Assembly (NCBI RefSeq): GCF_006345805.1
Contig: NC_043005.1
Coordinates: forward strand, 4,960,001 to 5,024,000
Origin: Octopus sinensis
Lineage: Eukaryota
DNA: 64,000 nucleotides
Direction: 5' to 3'
Positions 1 through 12,133 of this stretch are shown here, piece by piece. The notes beneath the pieces were generated by a model that worked only from the letters and a program-made list of their open reading frames with translations, did no database searches and had not been told where the DNA came from. The first letter of the stretch is position 1; each line of letters opens with the position of its first letter. The position numbers and the translations under genes are program-made.

Positions 1-926
1 CACTTTGGGCAAGTCTCAAGCCAACCAATACCTTGTAATTGAATGTGGTCGATGGAAACTGTGTGGAAGCTGTTGCGTGTGAGTGTCTTTGACCCCCCCC
101 TTCCCCAACCACCACCATTTTGATAACTGGTGTTGGCTTCTTTATGTCCCATAACTTTGCAGCTCAGCAAAAAGAGAGCAATAGAATAAGTACTGGACTT
201 ATAAACTTTAGTACTGGGGTTGATTTGTTCAAATAAATTCTTCAAAGTGGTGCCCCAGTATGGCCACAATCCAAGAATTGGACTTCTTTAAATAAGAGAG
301 AAGATTACTTTAAAATAATATTGTTTTGGGTTTGATTCCCATTGGCTGAAGCCTTTGGCAGAAGCCTTCTGGCCATAGTTTGGTTTACACTGACACTGTA
401 TGAAAGCTTGTTAGATGACCGGTACCTAATGAGTTGCAGTTTCTCCTTCCTTTCAGCCAGCTGTGATGAAGTTGCTGTAAAGGTTACAGGCTTAGCTCTT
501 CCTCCAAGACTAAACCATGGCAGAGGGTCGGAAGAAAGAAAACTGTAGTCATTTGCAATTCACTTGAAATGAATGATTATTTGTATTCTGGTCTGAGATG
601 AAAGCTGCAAAATGCAAATGAATTCCTTAATGAAGGGAAATGTATGAGAGAAAAAAAAATAGCTAAGAGTGTGGTCACGTGACCCATGTCTTTGCAGCAG
701 ACATTTGCAAAAGTAGCAGAAAAATACAACAACTACAAACAAAACCTGGTAAAGGGCAATATTAATGAGATAATTGACTGCTTAAATGAGAGATGTAGAG
801 ATAGCTGGCCGGATATAACTTTTTATTTATATATACTGTCACCGTCTTTGTAGGAGTGAATAAAATATCTGATTTTACTTATTGATAGTATTTTTTTATA
901 ACTAATACTTTAAATAGTGATAATAT

Positions 927-1110
927 TAATCATCATCATCATCATTTAATGTGCATCTTCCATGCTGGCATGGGTTGCATAGTTTGACAGGCACTGGCCA
1001 GCTGGAGTGCTGCACCAGGCTCCAATTGTCTGTTTTGGCATGGTTTCTACTGCGGATGACCTTCCTAACACCAACCACTTTACAGAGTGTACTGGATGTT
1101 TTTTATGTGG
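927..1110 (-). mobile_element. Short RTE 3' tail
   Basis: Matches the terminal ~190 nt of the long RTE copies (gttaggaagg..catgccagcatgg..(GAT)n). A similar copy lies at ~1407-1670. Confidence 0.7.
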
Positions 1111-1151
1111 CACTAGCATGGGAACTTTTTATATGGCATCAGCACAGGTGC

Positions 1152-1185
<34 letters not shown>

Positions 1186-1364
1186 TAACAAAGGTCTCAG
1201 ATGTTTGTACAAGGCCAGAAATCTTGGGGGATGGGGTAAGTCAATTACATGGATCCCAGTACTCAACTGGTATTTATTTTATCAACCCCAAAAGGATGAA
1301 AGATAAACTCAACCTTGGTGAAATTTGAACTCAAAATGTATAGATGGACAAAATGTCACTAAGG

Positions 1365-1407
<43 letters not shown>

Positions 1408-2313
1408 GTCGTCGTCGTTGTCATCGTTTAATGTCCATTTTCCATGTTGGCATAGGTTGTACGGTTTGACTGGGGACTGGCAAACCAGGATGCCTCGCCA
1501 TGTTTCTACAGCTGGATGCCCTTCCTAATGCCAACCACTCTGAGAGTGTAGTGGGTGCTTTTTACATGTCACCGACACAGGAGCCAGTCATGTGGCACTG
1601 GCATCAGCCACATTTGGGATGGAGCTTTTTACGTGCCATTGGCATGGGGAGCTGGTCAGACGGCACTGGTTTTGAATTTTGACACAAGGCCAGCAGTTTT
1701 GTAGGAGGGTCCAAGTTGATTAAATTGACCCCAGTGTCCAGCTGGTACTTATTTTATTGACCCTGAAAGGATGAAAAGCAAATTGACCTCAGCAGAATTT
1801 GAACTCAGAATGTAAAGATAGAAGAAATGCCACCAAGCATTTTGCCCGGCGTACCAACAGCCCTGCCAGTTTGCTGCCTTAAATAATGATGATGATGATG
1901 ATGATAATAATGAATTGCAGCTTTGAATTAGAGTTTTTCCTCTACAAGTTTTGCTAACATGAAAAAAAAAAAGCTACATTAAAAAAAAAACACATTTTCT
2001 GCATTTAAAATTTTATTTACTTTTTCGCAAATTTCATTGCTTAGAATTTAAGAGTTTTAATGTCTGCCAATGTTGTTAGCGCTGACTAAACAAACTGCAA
2101 TAAATTTTGTTTCATGTTGTTTGCCTTCGTACTGTGAATTTTTTTGTTTTTTTTTTCAAAGTAAGTTTATGATGTATTTGAAGATGTCTTTTAATGTTAG
2201 AAAATGTTGTATAATTCAGTTTAACACACAGATATATTTTAATTTCAAATGAGTGAAAATATGTTATTGCTTTAGTCTTCATATTTTGTCTGGCTTAGTC
2301 TGTGAAATTTTCT

Positions 2314-2344
<31 letters not shown>

Positions 2345-2357
2345 GCATATACATACA

Positions 2358-2393
<36 letters not shown>

Positions 2394-2564
2394 CCCATGC
2401 TAGCATGGAAAACGGACGTTAAACGATGATGATGATGATGATATATATACATATATATATATATGAAGTATATGTGTACGTACGTATCTGTTTATATATA
2501 TATGTATATGTGTGTGTATGTACATATATATATATATATATTTATATATAGGACGATGTATATC

Positions 2565-2613
<49 letters not shown>

Positions 2614-4112
2614 ATATATATGTGTTTGCATGTGTATCTATGTGTGTATGTGTGTGTCTACATGTGTGGTTTTTATATGTGTATGTGTATATATATATAT
2701 ACATACATACGTACACACACACATACACACACATACATATATATAAAGATCAATATAAACCACTCTGGGAGCATTCTGTTTTTGCTTCATGTGTTTGTAT
2801 TGATGTTATTTAAAACAAGTCTTGTTTTATAAAACAAGTCTTTTTTCCCCCTTCTAGTGAATGTCAAGGGATGTAATTGTGCTCATAAGATGTTATCTTT
2901 TGTTCTCTTTTCCTCCTCCTTGTCTAGTTAACAGACATATTGTTGGTTAGCCAGTATAACTTTCTCACTAACCACTCAGCTTTCACACACGCTTTTTATT
3001 GGATTACTTTTTACAAAGTGTTTCAACAAACATAATCCATATTATTTCTCCATTTTTTTTCTCTCAAAATATCTTTTTCCCCCTTTCTCTTATTTTATTT
3101 TCTTTTCTTTTTTCTTTTTTTTGCTCCCATCTTCCTTTGTCTTTCCACAAGACTATCCTTTACATGTTTTGCAGAATGTTTTGTTATAATTATTCCATGT
3201 TAAAGACATTAGAGTCGCCACAGGAAGGCAGGGGAAGAGGTCTCTCCTTTTAACATTAGCAAGGGCCTCTCTCTTTTCCTAAATGGCTATTTAGAACTTA
3301 ATGATGGCCTGCCAAACTGCATTTTGTTCAGAGTTCTCATCTCTTTAAAAATATTTCTCGTCTTTGTTAACTACAAAGTATTTAAGTTATTCTGGATTAC
3401 TTTTTGTTTTGTTTTGTTTTTTAATATTCTATTAGCTCGTTACAAATTAAATTAAATGATTAACTGTCCCTATTGTTCTTTACATTCTTCTTTATGGTTA
3501 AATGGTCTCCAGAATAAAAGTATTGTCATATTTGACAATAATTTTGCTTGGTGATATTTTGATATTTTCTTTGTTAAAGTATCAGACAGTCTTGGAAAAC
3601 TGAAGGGACAGAAGACAATGGAGAGAAGGGTTTGATCAGAAAACATTAACAACATTAGATGTCCCCTTTTTTTGATAAACGTCTGGCGAGTAAAACTGGG
3701 ATGGGTTAATAGTCTCAGGATAAAAACCTTCCTTTTAGTTGAGAAAAAGAGTTAAGGGAAGTTTGTTAGTTTTTGGTGGTTAGAGGCTGGAATCTACTTT
3801 GAATTTTTTGACTCATGGTAATATAAAAAACATGTTTAGATTGTTGATGAAAAGGTGGTCTGGTCATGGGGTGTGTGTGTGAATTAGTACGTCTAATTGT
3901 GTGGCATTACAGTATCAGCAGCGGTAGATAGGGTATGTTGTTCTTTAGTACATAGTATTGTGTGGGTTTGATAAAAGACGAAGTAGTTGTTTGTTATTGT
4001 ATGGCCCTGGGTCGGCCGTGGTTCATGAGCCCTTTGATCAAAGGTCTTCCAACTGTGGCTGCTCAATATTGTTTTTGTAGTTACTATATATCTTGATCAA
4101 TGTTTGATTTAA

Positions 4113-4630
4113 TCCTTTAGCATTTAAGTACATCTGGCTCAAATATTATTCCTGTTTTATGTTCAAACTAGCCAGATCTGGCCTCCCCCACCTACCCTAC
4201 AATGTCATTCTAAAACCTGGCACATGTGCCGGTAGCACGTAAAAGGCACCATCCGTACGTGGTCGATGCCAGCGCCACCTTGACTGGCTTCCATGCCAGT
4301 GGCACGTAAAAAGCACCAACCGATCGTGGATGTTGCCAGCCTCCCCTGGCACGTAAAAAGCACCCACTACACTCACGGAGTTGTTGGCGTTAGGAAGGGC
4401 ATCCAGCTGTAGAAACTCTGCCAGATCAAGATTGGAGTCTGGTGCAACCATCTGGTTCGCCACCCCTCAGTCAAATCATCCAACCCATGCTAGCATGGAA
4501 AGCGGACGTTAAACAATGATGATGATGAACATCATCAAAATCTCAAAGCTATGAGATAATTCATGATTAATTCAGACCAATGTGAATAAATAAGTATTCT
4601 ATTTGGTGGAGTAATCTGAAGGCTAAAGGG
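4113..4630. mobile_element. piggyBac-like MITE interrupted by an RTE tail
   Basis: TTAA flanks; same family as 7405-7623. A further copy lies at 16068-16287. Confidence 0.72.
4216..4527 (+). mobile_element. RTE 3' tail with three ggcacgtaaaa units, nested in a piggyBac-like MITE
   Basis: Ends in gcggacgttaaacaatgatgatgatg and interrupts the MITE at 4113-4630. Confidence 0.82.
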
Positions 4631-4759
4631 TTAAATGAGATTTGGCTGCTATTTCTAACAGTTCAAGTGATAGCATTGAAACTAAGTAGTTGTGTTGTAC
4701 CACACAATTACTTCAACCACAACTTGTGTTGTTTAGTACATAGTACTACGTATTTCAAA

Positions 4760-4960
4760 TAGCACCAGGCTCTTCAAATATTATCACCCTGCCTGTGCTT
4801 TTGTATGCAAGTGAGATGTGGGCTGCTACAAGGAAGACAGAACATTGATTGGTCACAACATAAAAGAGCCATGGGAATATTATTCATGCTAAGAATATTA
4901 AGAGAGCACATTCGAAATGAGAGGATTCAACTGCAGTCTGATGACGGGTTAGCTGGCTGG
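4760..4960 (+). mobile_element. Old decayed LINE RT C-terminal fragment
   Basis: In-frame LPVLLYASEMWA and ..EHIRNERI.. resemble the LLYGSETW and RNEEIR motifs of RTE-like RTs; contains stops. Confidence 0.5.
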
Positions 4961-5458
4961 AACTTCAAAGTCCCTAGGCACAAGGGCGGCTGTGTGGTAA
5001 GGAGCTTGCTTCTCAACCACATGGTTCCAGGTTCAGTCCCAGTACATGCCACCTTGGGCAAGTGTCTTCTACTGTAGTCTCAGGCCGACAAAGCATTGTG
5101 AGTGGATTTGGTAGATGGAAACTGAAAGAAGCCTGTTGTATGTGTATATATATCATCATCATCATCGTTTAATGTATGTATATATGTGTGTGTGTGTGTA
5201 TATATATAAATATATGTATGTATTTGTGTGTGTGTTTGTTTCCTCACCATCACTTGACAACCAATGCTGGTGTGTTGACTTCCCCGTAACTTAGGAGTTC
5301 AGCAAAAGAGGCTGATAGAATAAGTACTAGGTTTACAAAGAATAGGTCCTGGGATTGATTTGTTCTACTAAAGGCAGTGCTCCAGCATGGTCGCAGTCAA
5401 ATGACTGAAACAAGTAAAAGAATAAAATAATATATATATATCTATATCTATCTCTCTC

Positions 5459-5568
<110 letters not shown>

Positions 5569-5683
5569 CTACATACACACGTATATTTATTATAATAAGA
5601 AATTAGCAATTATATTTTAACTTTTGAAATGCTATTTCTCCACAAGTATTTTCTGACACATTTCTATTTATTATTTTAAACAG

Positions 5684-5816
5684 GGTCGAAGCAGTAAACC
5701 ATTATTTAAAAGGTCGAAACCAAGCAAGGCTGGCCGATTGCTACTATTTATTGGAGGATTTTATTGGCCTTCAAAAAATGGTTGCTTTTTTGCCAGAAAA
5801 CCACGAGTTGTTACCA
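5684..5816 (+). CDS. WDR35: WDR35/IFT121 coding exon (first exon in window; upstream exons lie outside)
   Basis: ttttaaacag acceptor, gtaag donor. Translates (W)VEAVNHYLKGRNQARLADCYYLLEDFIGLQKMVAFLPENHELLP, matching recalled human [45 protein letters not shown]. Phase 2 in, phase 0 out. Confidence 0.93.
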
Positions 5817-6031
5817 GTAAGTTTTTTGCTCTGAAAACTAGCAATTCTAAAACAACGGACATGCAAATACACACACATACACACATAATTGTCATCATTT
5901 TCATATCTACATTTCTATGTTTGCTTGGATCAAACAGAATTTATTGAGATAGATTTTCTATGGCCACATGCTCTTCTTGTTGCTAACCTTCTCATTAGTT
6001 TCCAAGCCAGACATGGTTTTGCAAATTACTA

Positions 6032-6094
<63 letters not shown>

Positions 6095-6169
6095 ATATAT
6101 ATATATATATTTCTATGTGTTTGTGCATTTGCATGTCTATGTTTTTGTTTACATTTACAGTGTATGAGT

Positions 6170-6550
6170 GGAGGCGCAATGGCCCAGTGGTTCGGGCAGC
6201 GAACTCACGGGCATAGGATCGCAGTTTCAATTCCCAGTCCGGGCATTGTGAGTGTTTATTGAGCGAAAACACCCAAAGCTCCATAAGGCTCCGGTAGGGG
6301 GTGGTGGTGAACCCTGCTGTACTCTTTCACCACAACTTTCTCTCACTCTTCCTGTTTCTGTTGTGCCTGTATTTCAAAATACCAGCTTTGTCACACTCTG
6401 TGTCATGCTGAATATCCCCTGAGAGCTAAGTTAACGGTACATGTGTCTGTGGAGTGCTCAGCCACTTGCACATTAATTTCACAAGCAGGCTGTTCCATTG
6501 ATCGGATCAACTGGAACTCTCGTCGTCATAACTGACGGATTGCCAACACA
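6170..6550 (+). mobile_element. tRNA-derived SINE (ggaggcgcaatggcccagtgg head)
   Basis: Box A tggcccagtgg and box B ggtttcaattcc-like motifs; head and centre are shared with 32098-32465. Confidence 0.75.
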
Positions 6551-7404
6551 GTCTATGAAATTTGCAAGCTACAAGTGATGCTATCGTTGTCATTTCTGTC
6601 AAAAAACCCTCATTGTGTTTCCATAGAAACATGAAATAAAAGTTCCATCAGTTGAAACAACAATGTTTAATGACAGGAAAGCATTCATCCAGCTATCAAA
6701 CAAAGCTTCAGTGATATATTCATCTAACCCAGGCTAGCATGAAAAATCAGACATAAAATGAACGCATGAACTAGTGATATCTTTGGACAAAAATACCTAT
6801 TAATATGTCAGGAGCTCGACTGACAGATTCCAGTCAAATGATTGAAGGATCAGTTGGTCATCTACCATCTTGAATGCTATGTTGTATTTTTGCAAATGCA
6901 TTTTACTCACAGTGTTGCTACCCATTAATTGGCACTATAAACTCCTTTGATACCAAACCACCTGAGACTGGACCTAATTCTATGATATGTATATATACAC
7001 GATGCTTTAAAGTGGTCTAAATTGAAAACATCCATCAAAATTTCATGTTAATTCATGTTGCAAGCACCAACTTAGTAATGACAAGGTTATTTTACTAAAT
7101 TCTTTGTTATTTTCAAAATTAACTGGAACAAAAGCAGTGTATTTTAACAGAAATATGGTAACAAAAGTGTTAAGAAGTTTGCCACTGTAAGCAGCGGGAA
7201 CACTGTACAATTCACAACTGTTTCATTAGCTCCCCTTGCTGAGTTTAAATCCTGCCATTAGTTTAGAGAGGAATGGGTTTGATGAGGCTGAGTTTACTGA
7301 GATCCCTTCATGAACTCCAGGACAAACATCCATTTTCATAAAACAGAAGATGGAATTTTACAAAAACAGAAAGAAGAAAAAAGAGTCAAATAGCCATTCT
7401 TTAA

Positions 7405-7623
7405 CCCTTTAGCATTTAAACTTACCATTTCCAGCCCAAACGTTCTCCCAGTTTTTGTTCAAACTGGCCAGATCCGGTTTCTCTCAGCAACCCTGTAATC
7501 TCATTCTAAAAATAAACAGTCACATCTCTGAAACCTCAAAGCTACAAGAGAATGCATGTTTAATTCAAAACAACGGGAATAAATAAGCATACATTTGGCA
7601 GAGTATTCCTGAGTGCTAAAGGG
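7405..7623. mobile_element. piggyBac-like MITE
   Basis: TTAA|CCCTTTAGCA..TGCTAAAGGG|TTAA. Confidence 0.78.
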
Positions 7624-8554
7624 TTAAACAGAAATACCATCAGTTGCCTCCTTAGATTTTTTCCTCTCTTTTTTCTTTTTCGTTTTTCTTTTTCTTTTTT
7701 CCTCCACCATATTAGCTCTTTAAGTTGTTTTTGCTTGTGAATTATTTCATTTGCAAGATGTTGAGATGTTCTGCTATGAGAAATCTAGAAGACATATCTA
7801 ATAAATCTCAGCCATAGTAAGTAAATTTGATAGGGTTCTTTACTGAGAAAATGTGGGTGGATGAGAGGCAAAGAGCTGCAGCGGTATTTCAGGGAAGGAG
7901 TGTGAAGTGACGGATGAGGAGAGAGAAAAACATTTCTCAGGCTTTGTTTTGTTTTCCTTTTACTTTCTTCATTGTGTTGTTAATCAGATGTTCCATCTAG
8001 TTTCTCATACAATTAATGTGTAATGTGTTTGTCTTGCTTCATATCTAACTGATGTGTAAAGTATTTTGAATAAAATCTAACATTTTATAGAGAGTGTCTC
8101 TGTTTGTGAGAGGTTCTGATGCCCCTTTCTGTTTTTTTTTGCTGTTAATATTTGTTAGTAGAAAAGTAGCAAGCTGGCAGAGTCGTTACCAACGCCAGGC
8201 AAAATGCTTAGCAGCATTTCGTCTGTCTTCGTGTTCTGAGTTCAAATTCTGCTGAGGTTGATGTAAGTGACTTATCCCCACCCCTGCCAAACTTGCTGGC
8301 CCTGTGCTAGAATTTGAAATCCATATCTGTTAGTGCACTCTTTGTGGTTAAGAAGTATGCTTCCCAGTCATGTGGTTTTGGGTTCAGTCCCACTACATGG
8401 CAGCTTTGGTAAGTGTCTTCTATTGTAGCCCCAGGCCAACCAAAGATTTGTGAGTTGATTTCGTAGGCGGAAACGCATAAACTCTCATGCCTTGTGAAAC
8501 TTTGTAACTTCCGATAATAAAAATAATATTTTTCTGTGTGTTTGTGTGCATGTT

Positions 8555-8693
8555 TGTGAGTGTGTTGTTTCTCTCCTTGTTTTTTCTGTGTCCCTTTCTG
8601 TATAAGAGCATAGGCTCGAAACATAAAAGACTTTTTCTATTCCTGAGCGTTATACTAATACTGTCTTCGTCTTTTGTTTTTTTCGTAAACTCT

Positions 8694-8700
<7 letters not shown>
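8555..8700 (+). mobile_element. Penelope-like terminal fragment; related copy at ~15000-15135 (-)
   Basis: Both copies share ctg..aagagcataggctcgaaac..aaaagact and the flanking sequence. The ctgNNgaag..cgaaac pattern is typical of Penelope termini (recalled). Confidence 0.55.
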
Positions 8701-8749
<49 letters not shown>

Positions 8750-8754
<5 letters not shown>

Positions 8755-9019
8755 TGTCTGTGTATGTGTGTATACATATATATATATATATGGCACGTAA
8801 AAAGCACCCACTACACTCGCGGAGTGGTTGGCGTTAGGAAGGGCATCCAGCTGTAGAAACTAAGCCAGATCAGACTGGAGCCTGGTGCAGCCCCTGGCTT
8901 CCAGACCCCGGTCGAACTGTCCAACCTGTGCTAGCGCAGAAAACGGACGTTAAACGATGATGATGATAATGATGAGTGTGTCTGTGTGTATACATACATA
9001 CATATATATAATATATATA

Positions 9020-9063
<44 letters not shown>

Positions 9064-9306
9064 TATATGAATGTCTGTGTATGTGTGTATACATATATAT
9101 ATATATATGGCACGTAAAAAGCACCCACTACACTCGCGAGTGGTTGGCGTTAGGAAGGGCATCCAGCTGTAGAAACTAAGCCAGATCAGACTGGAGCCTG
9201 GTGCAGCCCCTGGCTTCCCAGACCCCGGTCGAACTGTCCAACCTGTGCTAGCGCAGAAAACGGACGTTAAACGATGATGATGATAATGATGAGTGTGTCT
9301 GTGTGT

Positions 9307-9330
<24 letters not shown>
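8750..9330. repeat. Tandem duplication, ~318-bp period
   Basis: An RTE tail plus flanks is repeated; the copies differ by single-base indels and are joined in (TA)n. Confidence 0.85.
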
Positions 9331-9366
<36 letters not shown>

Positions 9367-9540
9367 CACACACACTCACACACACATATATATATCTGTG
9401 TGTGTATACACTAATCAGAGGATTTCATTCTCTCTCCTTTTCTTTTCTTTCTTTCTTTCTCTCTCTCTTACACAGTCTTTATTTCAACAAGTCTTTAATA
9501 ATTTGTCGTATACAATGGTTCTTTCTCTCTCCTTTTCCAG

Positions 9541-9603
9541 AATATTGGTGACATGTTCATCACCGTCGGCATGTGCGAACAGGCTGTGGAGGCTTACATC
9601 AAG
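9541..9603 (+). CDS. WDR35: WDR35 coding exon
   Basis: ccttttccag acceptor, gttcgt donor; 63 nt; NIGDMFITVGMCEQAVEAYIK (human, recalled: ..MFVRVGMCEQAVTAFLK); phase 0/0. Confidence 0.93.
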
Positions 9604-9879
9604 GTTCGTATTGCTTCCTTTTACTTTCTCCTCTTTCTTTGTGATCAATAGTTTCCATTATTGGGTGTGGTCAGTCTCCACAGCATCTGACGTTGGGTCT
9701 TCAGATGAAGATGGTCGTATGAAGATGTCTGAAGAACTGCTTCATTTAGATAAGCTGCAGCGGTTTTTTTTTACCCCTTTAAACGAAAAGAAAAACAACA
9801 AAAATGAAAAAAAAATCTACATGCACCTTGGGTACCGAACCTTGCTTTGAACTTGAAATTCATGGCATGAATTAATAAA

Positions 9880-9912
<33 letters not shown>

Positions 9913-10073
9913 TGCTCCCTCTTTCTCACACACGTACACACACACACACATTCATACATACACACACATATACATGCATTTTCACACTCTCTCACATACA
10001 CACTCCCAGCCGGATGAAATGCTGCTAAGCATTTTGTCTGATGCACTAATGATTTTACCAGTTCATCATTATT

Positions 10074-10076
10074 AAT

Positions 10077-10109
<33 letters not shown>

Positions 10110-10210
10110 AATAATAATAATAATGATAATAATAATAATAATAATAATTATAATAATAATAATAATAATAATTATAATAATAATAATAATGATAATGATA
10201 ATAATAATAA
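10074..10210 (+). repeat. (AAC)n/(AAT)n microsatellite
   Basis: Direct reading. The window also has dozens of (TA)n, (CA)n, (CAT)n and (TATC)n tracts that generate most ORFs in the track. Confidence 0.95.
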
Positions 10211-10486
10211 CTAGAATGTGGAATCTGAAAACAGAAACAATTCCTATCATAGTAGGTGCATTAGGCATGATAAAAAAATATTCAGACAAATACATAACAA
10301 AAACACCAGGACTTACAAACACATATAACATACAGAAAATTGCACTACTAGGCACTGCACACATCCTACGCAGAACACTTTCCATACAATAACCATCAGA
10401 GCATCACAACAAATCACAGCACATACCCAAGGCACACAGAGCTGCGCTCAGTAGTGAAGTGAAAGCACGCTATAAAAATAAAACTA

Positions 10487-10490
<4 letters not shown>
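10211..10490 (+). mobile_element. R4/Dong-like (RLE) non-LTR 3' fragment inside a (TAA)n tract
   Basis: RMWNLKTETIPIIVGALGMIKK..IQKIALLGTAHILRRTL* matches the recalled RLE C-terminus of the R4/Dong clade. (AAT)n lies on both sides. Confidence 0.75.
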
Positions 10491-10524
<34 letters not shown>

Positions 10525-11015
10525 TGATGATGATGATGATGATAATAACATTAATGATAACGATAATAATAGTAAATGTCTGTATTTCTGTAAATGTGAT
10601 AAATGTTGTAAACAAACAGTGCTAACCATTCTTCCCAGTCTGTTTTCCTTGTCTGTACATACTGTCTGTACATGTATTATAATTTCACTAATTACTTATG
10701 CCGTTTAATTAACGCCCCATCCTGTGATGTAGAGGAACTCTGGTGGGTGGCAAGCAAGATGCGACTCCACTGAGGTGGGACAGGGTAAGGGATAGAGGTC
10801 TTTCTTGAGTCATAGATTCACAGGGCTCGTTTTCCGGTTTCCATGGCGCACATACTCCTCCCTGGATGGGACCTCAGTCTGTTGCAGGATCACTCTTTTT
10901 TGCTTGCTGAATGGACTGGAGCAAGGCGAAATGAAGTGTTTTGCTCAAGAACACATGTTGCTTGGTTGGGGAATTGAAATCACAATCTTAGGATCATGAG
11001 TTGAACACTCTAACC

Positions 11016-11411
11016 CAGTGTTTATCAGCCGGGGTTCCCTGGAACACTAAGGTTCCGCAAAAGGTTCCTAGGGGCTCTGTGAGATAAGCTAATGCTAATT
11101 TCATGATCTTAATATTAATATACATGCACAACATATTATTGGTTATTGTAATCTTGTAATATAGACATCTAACCTATTATGTTATCAAAGAAATACTCAT
11201 TTTTTTTCTCAAACCAGTTATGTGTGTGTGTGTGCGTGTGTGTGTGTGTGTGTGTGCGTGTGTGTGTATGTGTGTGTGTGATATTTACCACATGAACTAT
11301 GATGAAAAAATATGAGAATGATATGATATATAATTTTTTTGTGTAGGGATTCCTTGAGGCATGTAATTTATTTTAAGGGTTACGCAAGGGTAAAAAGGTT
11401 GAAAAACACTG
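11016..11411. mobile_element. hAT-type MITE nested in a SINE
   Basis: TIRs CAGTGTTTATCAGCC / GGTTGAAAAACACTG; 8-bp TSD ctctaacc / ccctaacc. Confidence 0.8.
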
Positions 11412-11445
11412 CCCTAACCACTGAGCCATGTGCCTCCACATTGAG

Positions 11446-11760
11446 GTGAGATGCAAAGAGTTTGCAGGCCAGTTCCTCTACAGAGCTTACAACATGCTGG
11501 GCATCACAGGGGTCAGTTGGCAGGACATCAGATTGGGTGTGAAGGCTGCAGAGGTTGCCTCAAAGTGGCTGTGGCCCTGGAGATGTGAGCCATGCAAGGG
11601 ACAGAGCTACCCAGGGTAGTGCTAGTTGAATACATGCTGGGGCTTGATCAACCCTGGCTTGGTCACTTGTGTGGGAGTGTCTGATGTGAAATGACCTGAA
11701 ATACCTAATGACCCTTGGAAGCATCACTGTTAGTTAACACTGTTATTGGTTATCTCTGGA
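11446..11760 (+). mobile_element. HERO/NeSL-like (RLE) non-LTR 3' fragment; duplicated at ~12397-12712
   Basis: IEVRCKEFAGQFLYRAYNMLGITG..KAAEVASKWLW resembles the recalled HERO pattern EVGCRGF.G.SL..LGI.G..AAE.AS.WLW. Confidence 0.6.
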
Positions 11761-11902
11761 CTAACATTACTCGGTAGGGCTTGACAGGGAGTCTCTCTAG
11801 GTTGACCCACTACTTACTTCTTCGCATTGAGAGGTCACAGCTGTGATACTAGATACTACAGACTTTTGACTGTCATAAAGTGTTTCAGGAAAAACTTGCA
11901 AG

Positions 11903-12133
11903 GTGGCGAGCTGGCAGAATCATTAGCACACCGGGCGAAATGCTTAGCAGTATTTCGTCTGCCGCTACATTCTGAGTTCAAATTCCGCTGAGGTCGACTT
12001 TGCCTTTCATCCTTTTGGGGTCGATTAAATAAGTACCAGTTACGCACTGGGGGTCGATATAATCGACTTAATCCATTTGTCTGTCCTTGTTTGTTCTCTC
12101 TGTGTTTAGCCCATTCTGGGTAGTAAAGAAATA
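11903..12133 (+). mobile_element. tRNA-derived SINE (ggcggcgagctggcag family) with a 15-bp TSD; duplicated at ~12855-13085
   Basis: TSD ggaaaaacttgcaag / ggaaaaaattgcaag; box B gagttcaaattcc. Other copies at approx. 1680-1880(-), 8170-8320, 16777-16972, 38630-38850(-), 60850-61045 and 61420-61635(-). Confidence 0.8.

Noticed and set aside
342-548. Open frames on both strands in the unique 330-560 block
   Set aside because: No similarity to WDR35 or any protein I recognise, a non-ATG start, and no convincing splice pair.
2463-2832. Many ORFs rich in Y/I/C/V/H/T (also ~9.0-10.4, 15.1, 17.4, 24.0, 44.6, 57.1 and 59.7 kb)
   Set aside because: They are translations of (TA)n, (CA)n and (AAT)n microsatellites with no coding signal.
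6170-6245. tRNA-like sequences with A and B boxes
   Set aside because: They are SINE heads continuing into SINE bodies, with no intact cloverleaf evident.
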